DNA of 64,000 bases from an uncultured delta proteobacterium (GTDB lineage: Bacteria; Myxococcota_A; Polyangia; Polyangiales; Houyiibacteriaceae), in assembly GCA_963699755.1 (NCBI GenBank), contig CAVOVB010000002.1, positions 192,001 to 256,000 of the forward strand. Direction: 5' to 3'. A program made the position numbers and the translations under genes. Below the pieces are notes generated by a model. The model had not been told where the DNA came from. It saw only the letters and a program-made list of their open reading frames with translations, and did no database searches. Within the stretch, counting starts at the first letter, position 1. Every line of letters starts with the position of its first letter. Of the stretch, positions 1-7,604 are shown piece by piece.

Positions 1-323
1 ACAGGTATTTCTATTCACAATTGTTCAAATCTTACAGGTAGTTGACTTGGATGTAGGCGCTGCGGACGGCCCCAAGGGGCCTTCCGAGGTCTTTGATTCG
101 CGGCAGATGCATGCCCGCCGTGAGGAAAGGCGAAACCGTCCACGCGCGTGCGAAGGTGCCAATTTTGCACGTCCCGTTGTGTCGTTGTCGTACGCAGAAT
201 CGACTACTGGGACGCACATTGCTTCTGGGGGGTCATCTGCTGATCAGGCGTGGCGTCGTTGCGAGGCGTGCCGAAAGCTCGCTTCGGGTCGCGTGTGAGG
301 CGGACTTGCTGTATCTATCAACG

Positions 324-530
324 ATGACCGACGAGGGGGAAACCAGCGAGCTCGATCGCGCTCGGCGCCACTTCCTGAGGGCCACGGCCTACATGGCACC
401 TGCGATACTCGCGACTATCACGCTGAACAAGGCTCATGCGCAGGCCTCGTGCAGCCCTTCAACCTGTATGCCAGGGGTCTGCAACCCAAACGGCTGTAAC
501 CCACTGACCTGCATGCCCGCCGGTGGATGA
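324..530 (+). CDS. Putative RiPP precursor peptide (68 aa): Tat-like leader plus (CxPxx)5 core
   Basis: ATG at 324 within the track ORF 93..530. MTDEGETSELDRARRHFLRATAYMAPAILATITLNKAHAQASCSPSTCMPGVCNPNGCNPLTCMPAGG. Directly upstream of the radical SAM and PqqD genes. Confidence 0.8.
   Translation: MTDEGETSELDRARRHFLRATAYMAPAILATITLNKAHAQASCSPSTCMPGVCNPNGCNPLTCMPAGG
450..524 (+). repeat. Five tandem 15-nt/5-aa units encoding CSPST-CMPGV-CNPNG-CNPLT-CMPAG
   Basis: Cys and Pro are invariant at positions 1 and 3. TCMP and CNP each occur twice. Confidence 0.9.
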
Positions 531-1686
531 AGCGGGTGGAACCGTTCACGAAGCCACGATGAACGCGACCGGATACTTCTTGCCCGACGACTGGATCCTC
601 TGGCACAGCGAGGGATCGCTCGAAGCCACGAAGCTGAGCAGCGGAGACCAGATCCGAATCGAAGGCACGCCCGAGCGCGATCCATTGAATAGCGAACTGT
701 CCGCATCCATTTGGGATTCGCTGGCTCGGTTTGAACCTCTCCTAGGGCAACTTCGAAGACAACTCCAAGAGCGGGCACTTCAACCGCTCACGCGAGAAAC
801 CGTCTTGCGGGGTTCTGGATGGAAACAGCTATTCGTAGAGCTTACCGCGAAGTGCAACGAGCGATGTGTCCATTGCTATGCTGAATCGTCGCCTGCCCGG
901 ACGGAGGCGCTTGCCTGGCCGGAGATCAGCAAGGTACTCGAAGATGCGAAGGCGCTGGACTTTGGCCTGGTGCAGTTTACGGGTGGAGATCCTCTGATCA
1001 GCGCCCATTGCGTCCGAGCCGTGGAGTTTGCGAAAGAGATCGGAATTCCGCGCGTCGAGATCTACACGAATGGCCTCGCGCTTCGCGGAAGGATCTACGA
1101 GCGCTTGCGCGAGCTCGCGCCCTCGTTTGCGTTTTCCTTCTACTCACACGATCCCGAAACCCATGACGCCATCACCCAGACCCCAGGTAGTCATGCACGC
1201 ACCGCGCGAGCGATTCGACGCGCGGTGGACGATGGATTGAACGTACGCGTAGGTGTCATCTCGATGGAGCGGAACCAACACGATGCATCGAAGACCTACG
1301 AATATTTGCTGGAGCTCGGCGTGACTGGCAACTCAATCGGTTTCGATCAAGTGCGCGACGTCGGTCGAGGGGACGCCGTACCCATAGAAACCGATACACG
1401 ACCGGCGGGCGTCCGGAGCGGTGGCGTCGAGAGCGCGCGACCACGAAACTTCGGCGGCTCGGCGGCGGTAGGCTACGACGGCACGGTGTACCCGTGCATC
1501 TTCAGTCGGCACCTGCCACTCGGATCGATTCATGACACCAGCCTCCAGGCGATTCTCAGGTCTGCCGAGCCGATCGCCTCGAAAAAGAGAAGCCTACTGA
1601 CGGCCCGCGAACGATGGGGTGCAAAGCTCTCCTGTTGGGAGTGCCAGGCCCGATCCGTACTGCTCGATGGGAGGTGCAATGCCTGA
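523..1686 (+). CDS. Radical SAM protein with degenerate SPASM/Twitch-like C-terminus (putative peptide maturase)
   Basis: ELTAKCNERCVHCY (CxxxCxxC), FTGGDP, YTNG, DGTVYPC and terminal CWEC. GTG 523 overlaps the precursor stop; alternative ATG at 559. Confidence 0.9.
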   Translation: MDEAGGTVHEATMNATGYFLPDDWILWHSEGSLEATKLSSGDQIRIEGTPERDPLNSELSASIWDSLARFEPLLGQLRRQLQERALQPLTRETVLRGSGWKQLFVELTAKCNERCVHCYAESSPARTEALAWPEISKVLEDAKALDFGLVQFTGGDPLISAHCVRAVEFAKEIGIPRVEIYTNGLALRGRIYERLRELAPSFAFSFYSHDPETHDAITQTPGSHARTARAIRRAVDDGLNVRVGVISMERNQHDASKTYEYLLELGVTGNSIGFDQVRDVGRGDAVPIETDTRPAGVRSGGVESARPRNFGGSAAVGYDGTVYPCIFSRHLPLGSIHDTSLQAILRSAEPIASKKRSLLTARERWGAKLSCWECQARSVLLDGRCNA

Positions 1687-1972
1687 TGCTTCCGATCGAC
1701 GCGTGCCCAAGCGCAAAGACACACTCACGCATGAGGTCACCGATACCGACGAAGTCGTGATCTACGACGGCAGCGGTCCGCAATTGCTCGTCTTGAACGA
1801 TATTGCCGCGGGCGTTTGGCTGATGATCGACGGCGCACGAACAGTCGACGACATTACCGCCGAAATCCTGAACCATCTCGAGGCGGAGCCTGCGACGGTG
1901 ACCCGTGACGTGCTCGCGTTCTTGGGCCAGCTCGAGCAACGAAAGCTCATCGCATGGCAAGAGGCAACCTAG
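1679..1972 (+). CDS. PqqD-family RiPP recognition element (RRE)
   Basis: 97 aa. DEVVIYD...LNDIAAGVWLMIDGARTVDDI...DVLAFLGQLEQRKLI is the PqqD pattern. GGAGGT SD before ATG 1679. Confidence 0.9.
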   Translation: MPDASDRRVPKRKDTLTHEVTDTDEVVIYDGSGPQLLVLNDIAAGVWLMIDGARTVDDITAEILNHLEAEPATVTRDVLAFLGQLEQRKLIAWQEAT

Positions 1973-2775
1973 AGCAGCACGAGATCTTTCTCTCCGGCCT
2001 GCGTGTTCGCGTACAAAGCAGCTGCACGAGAACGAATCGTTACCTACGACGTCACTGGTCCGCTGCGAAGCTGCCGATGCTGCCGACCGAGGTCAGCTGC
2101 GACATGGAGGTGATCGCCGACGCATCACCTCGAATCATCGTGGATGGCGAAGTGGTCTGGGCCGACGGTGCCGCCGAATATCTGGTCGCTGGTTTCGAGC
2201 AGCGGCTCTATCGCGCGGCGCTCGCGAAGCACCGAGGCCGATTTGCTGTATTTCACGCAGCAGCGCTGGTGTCGGATGGAGCGACTGTCGTTTTCTCCGG
2301 ACCGTCAGGCGCCGGGAAGAGCTCGCTTGCGCTCGCGGCGGTTCGGCGCGGTTGGAAGTATTTTTCCGATGAGTTCGTGGTCACCGACGGCCAGAGCGTG
2401 TGCGGGTGGCCGCGCGCGATTCGCTTTGATCCTACAGAGCCGGGCGCGCCGTGTCCTGACTACCTCGTCGACCTCGATACCGATCAAGATGCCGTGGAGT
2501 CTCCGCAAGACGTTGGGCCACCGTACTACGCCGTCCGCGGCAACGCCTTGCAACGCGTCGCCTGTTCTGCCCGCGAGGTGCGTTTCGTTAGCGTAGAGCG
2601 TGGTACAGATACGACCCTATCCCGCGTCTCAGCGAGTGTCGGCCTGAAGTATTGGATGGAGGCTGCGTTTATCGAGCCAACGATGTCCTTGGGCGCGCTC
2701 GTCGGCGACGGACGGACTTGGCGCGCGTCGTGGCGCCACCCAGAAGAGCTCATCGAGCTGATCGAAACGATATGA
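1954..2775 (+). CDS. HPr kinase-like P-loop kinase
   Basis: FHAAAL...FSGPSGAGKSSLA...YFSDE: His, Walker A and SDE/D motif of the HprK-related family. Confidence 0.8.
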   Translation: MARGNLEQHEIFLSGLRVRVQSSCTRTNRYLRRHWSAAKLPMLPTEVSCDMEVIADASPRIIVDGEVVWADGAAEYLVAGFEQRLYRAALAKHRGRFAVFHAAALVSDGATVVFSGPSGAGKSSLALAAVRRGWKYFSDEFVVTDGQSVCGWPRAIRFDPTEPGAPCPDYLVDLDTDQDAVESPQDVGPPYYAVRGNALQRVACSAREVRFVSVERGTDTTLSRVSASVGLKYWMEAAFIEPTMSLGALVGDGRTWRASWRHPEELIELIETI

Positions 2776-3551
2776 CGGGAAGCAACCCAAGCCTACGATA
2801 TCGATTGCTTCGAGGCTGGGCGCTGCAGAGTCGCAAAGTTCAGTACCTCATGCGTCGAATCGAGGACGCGGTCACCGTTTGGACCGGAGCCATCTTGAAC
2901 GGACTGCTTCGTGACGCCGAAAAAGAAGCCCTGTCAATCGACCTCTACGATGCCTCGTTTCGGCCCGACAACGATCATCAGGGGCTCTATGAATGGGAGC
3001 AGCAATGGTTCGAACGACGCTTGCCAGCTGCTCCAGCGTCCATTTTGATTGGTGCAGCCGGTGCGGGGCGTGAAGTCTGTGCCCTTCGAGAGCTCGGCTA
3101 TCGGGTTCATGCGTTTGAGCCCTCCGCATCGGCTTTTGAGCTCTGTCAGATCAAAGTCGGCTCGGAGTTTGTCGAGCAAGCGAGCTATCAGGATCTCGTT
3201 GCGACGATACTCCGTGGCGAGAGCACGCGACTGCGGCTCGGGAGCGAAGCAAAATTCGATGCCGTGCTGCTGGGCTGGGGGAGTTTCGGACACGTGCTTC
3301 AGCGCGCCGACCGCTTGGAGTTGCTCCGTGCGTGCGACATCCTCGCGCCGACTGGCCCGATTCTCGTGAGTATCTTCGAACCGAACGCCAGAGCCTCGAC
3401 GAATGGGACCTACTACATGCCATGGGGCGGCTTCCTGGTACGGCCTACACCCGAAGAGCTCGAGCAGCACGCGAAGGCCTTGAATCGGCAACTCGTCATG
3501 TCGCTTCGGGCGCCGAGCCCGTACGCCACTTTGATCCCCAACGGCTACTGA
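2772..3551 (+). CDS. Class I SAM-dependent methyltransferase-like protein
   Basis: ILIGAAGAGRE motif I, VHAFEPS motif II, FDAVLLGWGSFGH. ATGA overlap with the kinase stop. Confidence 0.75.
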   Translation: MTGSNPSLRYRLLRGWALQSRKVQYLMRRIEDAVTVWTGAILNGLLRDAEKEALSIDLYDASFRPDNDHQGLYEWEQQWFERRLPAAPASILIGAAGAGREVCALRELGYRVHAFEPSASAFELCQIKVGSEFVEQASYQDLVATILRGESTRLRLGSEAKFDAVLLGWGSFGHVLQRADRLELLRACDILAPTGPILVSIFEPNARASTNGTYYMPWGGFLVRPTPEELEQHAKALNRQLVMSLRAPSPYATLIPNGY

Positions 3552-4395
3552 ACCGCGTCAAGAGGCGGCGCGCCGCTTCGTCCGCGTGCGCAACGAGCGA
3601 ACGCGAACCCGCTGCCAAGGAGCGATCCAACAGGTGTGGCGTCCACCATCGAGGCGAGCCTGCGTTCGTGCTCGTAGCTAGCCGCACCACCGCGATCACA
3701 ATCCGGTCCCAACGCGAGAGCTCCAATGCGCGATTCGTTGCGCATGCGATGGGGTCTTCGCGAAACGACTCATGGCCGAGCACATAGGCAGCTGCACGCT
3801 GAAGGCCCAACGCCCGAAAATGGGCTCCCAAGGTTTCTGCATCTTCAAGTCGATAGAGGTTTTCCTTCAGCAGCCATCGAATGTCGTCGAGACTCGTGTC
3901 CTGACGAAACGTCCCGCGTCCCTTTACGAAATGACCGATCAAATGCGCTAAGAGGTCTTGATCAGATATCCGTGCGACTGGCGCGGCAAAAAGCGATGTG
4001 TCTATCGCTGCCCGCGAGAAAACGTCATCCGTAGACATGTCGAACAGGCCGTGTGGAAAGAGGTGGTGGTGCACGTCGATGCTGAGCGGCCACGAATCAC
4101 TGGCAAACGTTCTCCCGGCGCTTGAATCCACCGTCGCTTCGAACCCCAGCGCGTGCAGCACCAGGGTCGCCGCTTCGATATCCGAGCTGCGTACCAGGAC
4201 GTCGATGTCGACGAGATCCCGCCGCCCCCGCAAGGCAGGCCACCTCGCCAGCAAGAACGCGCCCTTCAGTGGCATCAACACGATGCCCCGCTCGGCACAT
4301 CCCTCGAAGACTTGATTTGCTAGACCAAGCGCCAGTTCGCCGACGAGCCTGGTGCGAAGGCGGTCTTGAGCAGCGTGGTCCACTAGGGCTATCAT
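3496..4395 (-). CDS. Nucleotidyltransferase family protein (NTP_transf_5-like)
   Basis: PLKGAFL...RRDLVDIDVLV...IDVHHHLF...HLIGH. Confidence 0.8.
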   Translation of the reverse strand: MIALVDHAAQDRLRTRLVGELALGLANQVFEGCAERGIVLMPLKGAFLLARWPALRGRRDLVDIDVLVRSSDIEAATLVLHALGFEATVDSSAGRTFASDSWPLSIDVHHHLFPHGLFDMSTDDVFSRAAIDTSLFAAPVARISDQDLLAHLIGHFVKGRGTFRQDTSLDDIRWLLKENLYRLEDAETLGAHFRALGLQRAAAYVLGHESFREDPIACATNRALELSRWDRIVIAVVRLATSTNAGSPRWWTPHLLDRSLAAGSRSLVAHADEAARRLLTRFSSRWGSKWRTGSAPEAT

Positions 4396-4623
4396 CGACC
4401 GTCATCGATGGGCGGGTCAAGACGGCCTTGGCCGACCTTCGGGCCAAGACACATCGTCGGTTTCCGCAGCTGCCTCCACACGACCGATGATCACGCGCTA
4501 TGAGACATCGAGTTCACCGACTGGTGCCCCAGCGCCACGGCCAGATGCTTGAGCTACGTACGAGTGCACCCCGTCGGGGACGACTTGGCATGCGCCTAGG
4601 CCGTTCGGTGGTATAGAGCGCCG

Positions 4624-5307
4624 ATGGCTACGCATCAAAGGCTCGGCGATCTTGCAGAGGCGCTCGAAGCAGAGGGGGCAGATGAGCTGCGGGTGCACGT
4701 CGTCCGCCGCGCGCGCGAGTTCAAGCGCTCCTGGGTAAACATGGCCGAGGCGCTCGTCGAAGTCCGCAATCGGGAATCCTACCTCGGCTGGGGGTACCAG
4801 GACTTCTACTCCTATTGCTCGCTCGAGCTTCAACTCAAGCAGGCCACTGCCGACAAGCTCACCGGCTCTTATGTCGCGCTCAAGCGGTACGCGCCCTCCG
4901 TGCTGAAACGCGATGGCCTCAACGAGAATATTCCGACCTGTGACGCAGTGGACTACTTCGCCAAGGCCCTGCAAAAGAACCCCAGCAACGACGGGTCGAA
5001 CGAACGGGCCGTGGCTCAAGACCTGGTCGACGAGCTCCGGCTCGCGGTATTCGAGGAAGGCGCGCCGGTGACCGAGCTTCGGAAGCGCTTCAATCCGGTC
5101 TTCCATCCGAAGCCCGAAGGCTCTGAACAGCTGGATGCGATCCAGCGCGCGGCGGCAACGGCCCGGCGGCTCGAAAAGATGGTCGAAGAAATCGACGGCC
5201 TCCGCCGGCCGATGGTGCGCACCACCCTCGAGACTCTCGAAGCGCTGCGAGAAGACCTGACAGAGCTTCTGGAACGAACCAAAGCCCAGTACGCAAAGTC
5301 GGCTTGA
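4624..5307 (+). CDS. Hypothetical protein, helical, with C-terminal coiled coil
   Basis: 227-aa ORF with high-GC codon usage. WGYQDFYSYCSLEL motif; no catalytic motif recognised. Confidence 0.7.
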   Translation: MATHQRLGDLAEALEAEGADELRVHVVRRAREFKRSWVNMAEALVEVRNRESYLGWGYQDFYSYCSLELQLKQATADKLTGSYVALKRYAPSVLKRDGLNENIPTCDAVDYFAKALQKNPSNDGSNERAVAQDLVDELRLAVFEEGAPVTELRKRFNPVFHPKPEGSEQLDAIQRAAATARRLEKMVEEIDGLRRPMVRTTLETLEALREDLTELLERTKAQYAKSA

Positions 5308-5314
5308 AACTGAG

Positions 5315-5328
5315 TGAAACGTGTTCTA
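5315..5328. promoter_or_regulatory. KstR-type operator TGAAACGTGTTCTA
   Basis: Exact match to TnnAACnnGTTnnA, 19 nt upstream of the OB-fold/thiolase operon. Confidence 0.75.
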
Positions 5329-5347
5329 TTTCATGGAACCGTTCGCG

Positions 5348-5797
5348 ATGACTGAGAAAACCAACGCCCCGGCCGTCGAAGGCCTCTTCACCATGGACCT
5401 GCGCGAGCCGCGCCTTCTCGGGACGCGATGCCGGGCTTGCCGAACCTATTTCTTTCCGGCGGAAAGAACCTTCTGCCGTAACCCGGCCTGCGACCATAGC
5501 GATTTCGAGGAAGTCCGGCTGAGCCCGACTGGGAAGCTCTGGTCGTTCACCAGCGCCAACTACAAACCGCCAGCGCCCTTCATCGCCAAGGAGCCCTTCG
5601 AGCCGTTTGCGATCGCAGCGGTCGAGCTCGAAGAGGAGGGAATGACCATTCTCGGCCAGGTCGCCGATGGACTTGGCGTCGCTGCCTTGAAGACCGGCAT
5701 GCCCATGGAGCTGGTGCTCCGCGAGCTTTACCAAGACGAGGAGCACGTTTACTACACCTGGAATTGGAAACCGATTCACGCCGGGAGTGACGCATGA
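5348..5797 (+). CDS. Zn-ribbon/OB-fold (DUF35) protein, Rv1628c-like
   Basis: CRAC...CRNPAC zinc ribbon, GKLWSFT, MPMELV. Paired with a thiolase-like gene. Confidence 0.9.
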   Translation: MTEKTNAPAVEGLFTMDLREPRLLGTRCRACRTYFFPAERTFCRNPACDHSDFEEVRLSPTGKLWSFTSANYKPPAPFIAKEPFEPFAIAAVELEEEGMTILGQVADGLGVAALKTGMPMELVLRELYQDEEHVYYTWNWKPIHAGSDA

Positions 5798-6981
5798 GCA
5801 AGGACGTTGCAGTGCTCGGCGCGGGCATGCACCCCTGGGGCAAGTGGGGTCAGAGCTTCGTCGGCTACGGTGTGAAAGCTGCCCAGGATGCATTGAAGGA
5901 CGCGGGCGTGGAGTGGAAGGATATCCAGCTCGTCGCCGGTGGCGACACGATTCGCAACGGCTACCCGGGCTATGTGGCTGGGGCGACGTTCGCACAGGCG
6001 CTCGGCTGGTCTGGTGCCAAGGTATCGAGCTCCTACGGCGCCTGCGCGACGGGTGCCCAAGCGATTAGCGTCGCGCGAGCCAACATCTTGGCAGGCCTTT
6101 GCGACGTGGCGTTGGTGATCGGCGCCGACGCAGCGCCCAAGGGCTTCTTCGCGCCCACGGGAGGGCGGCGCCCTGAGGACCCGGATTGGCTGCGCTTTCA
6201 CATCCAAGGGATTACGAATCCGACCTACTTCGGACTGTACGCGCGCCGGCGGATGGAGGTCTATGGGGCGACTCCTCAGGACTTCGCCGCGGTCAAAGTG
6301 AAGAACTCCAGGCATGGCCTTCACAATCCCAATGCGCGATATCGCAAAGAGGTCGCCCTCGAAGAGGTGATGAGCTCGGCGGTCGTCGCTGACCCGCTTC
6401 ACCTGCTCGACATCTGCGCGACGAGCGACGGTGCCGCCGCGCTCGTGCTCTCGAGCATGGACTTCGCCCGCAAACACACGACCCACCCGGTGAAGATCTC
6501 GGCGGTGTCCACCGTGACGCCGCGGTACCCGAACGACATCATCGAAATGCCCAACCTAGCGACCGACTCCAAGGCTCGCGTCGGCTTGCCCGAGATCGGC
6601 TTCAAAGAATCGATCGCGCACGGTGCCTACGAAGAAGCCGGCCTCGGCCCCGAGGACATGAGCCTCGCCGAGGTCTACGACCTGTCGACGGCGCTGGAGC
6701 TCGATTGGTACGAACAGATCGGCCTTTGCCCGCCTGGAGATGCGGAGAGGCTATTGCGCGACGGCGACACCAGCCTTGGCGGTCGCGTGCCGGTCAACCC
6801 GAGCGGCGGCTTGGCCTGCTTTGGTGAAGCCGTGCCGGCGCAAGCGATCGCGCAGGTGTGCGAGCTGACCTGGCAACTCCGCGGCCAAGCCGAAGGACGG
6901 CAAGTGGAGGGCGCGAAGGCCGGTGTAACCGTGAACCAAGGCTTGTTTGGTCACGGCTCGTCAGTGATCTGCAGGGTTTGA
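5794..6981 (+). CDS. SCP-x-type thiolase/lipid-transfer protein, Rv1627c-like
   Basis: GACATG, SDGAAA, AEVYD, VNPSGGL, NQGLFGHG. Confidence 0.9.
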   Translation: MSKDVAVLGAGMHPWGKWGQSFVGYGVKAAQDALKDAGVEWKDIQLVAGGDTIRNGYPGYVAGATFAQALGWSGAKVSSSYGACATGAQAISVARANILAGLCDVALVIGADAAPKGFFAPTGGRRPEDPDWLRFHIQGITNPTYFGLYARRRMEVYGATPQDFAAVKVKNSRHGLHNPNARYRKEVALEEVMSSAVVADPLHLLDICATSDGAAALVLSSMDFARKHTTHPVKISAVSTVTPRYPNDIIEMPNLATDSKARVGLPEIGFKESIAHGAYEEAGLGPEDMSLAEVYDLSTALELDWYEQIGLCPPGDAERLLRDGDTSLGGRVPVNPSGGLACFGEAVPAQAIAQVCELTWQLRGQAEGRQVEGAKAGVTVNQGLFGHGSSVICRV

Positions 6982-7034
6982 GCACCGGCAGCGAATCCCC
7001 GTGGGCGGCGCAAGGCGGGGCCTTCAGGGGGCGA

Positions 7035-7499
7035 TCAGTCTAGGGCGGCTAGCTCTTGGTCCAGTCGGGCATCGAGCTCTTGGTCTCCTGGCGAAGCTTC
7101 GGTTCGGTGCATCCTCCCAGCGCGCCCTCGGAACCTACGGACCATCACGACGAACCAGAGCGTCGAGACCACGACGGCAATGACCGGGATGACCCAGCCG
7201 GACTTCACCGGAGGAATGCTCAAATCGAACGCGGGGACCCTCGCCTGAAGGCGCTCTCGGATTTCAGGCTCGGGCACGCCTTCCTCGACCCAGGTCCGGA
7301 TGTCCCTTCGCCACTCCCCGGCCTTTGGGCTCGGACAGGAGTTGAGCGTCTTACCAGGGCAGAAGGGGCTCAGCGTGTTCCGAACGATCGACTGTACCTG
7401 CCGACCCTCGTCGGTCGAGGCATCCTCAGCGGGCACCGAGGCGCAGCCAAGGGCAAACAAAACCAACGATGCCCCAAGAGCACGCGCCATCTCGGACAT
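7035..7499 (-). CDS. CcmH/NrfF-like cytochrome c biogenesis protein
   Basis: Signal peptide, SPFCPGKTLNSCPS, a helical segment resembling CcmH, and one C-terminal TM helix. Confidence 0.6.
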   Translation of the reverse strand: MSEMARALGASLVLFALGCASVPAEDASTDEGRQVQSIVRNTLSPFCPGKTLNSCPSPKAGEWRRDIRTWVEEGVPEPEIRERLQARVPAFDLSIPPVKSGWVIPVIAVVVSTLWFVVMVRRFRGRAGRMHRTEASPGDQELDARLDQELAALD

Positions 7500-7604
7500 A
7501 TAGGCCCCCTCACTACTCGGCGTAAGGCGGCAAATTGTCGCGCCGGTACCCCGTAAAGACGCCGCTTCGCGCCGTCCACGGGGCTTCGCTGACGCTGTCG
7601 CTGA

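Noticed and set aside
93..323. N-terminal 77 codons of track ORF 93..530 and other short ORFs in 25-300
   Set aside because: No recognisable protein features. The signal-like leader begins at ATG 324, so the extension is probably non-coding.
324..530. Lasso peptide or simple metallothionein
   Set aside because: The core lacks Asp/Glu for macrolactam formation and no cyclase is present. Metal binding cannot be excluded, but the RRE/rSAM coupling favours a RiPP.
523..1972. PQQ biosynthesis (pqqDE) or mycofactocin locus
   Set aside because: No ExxxY precursor, no pqqB/pqqC and no IDGxCGVY-type peptide. The precursor is a CxP repeat.
5334..5346. TGGAACCGTTCGC as an extra KstR box
   Set aside because: AAC-GTT spacing is 1 nt rather than 2 and the flanks do not match.
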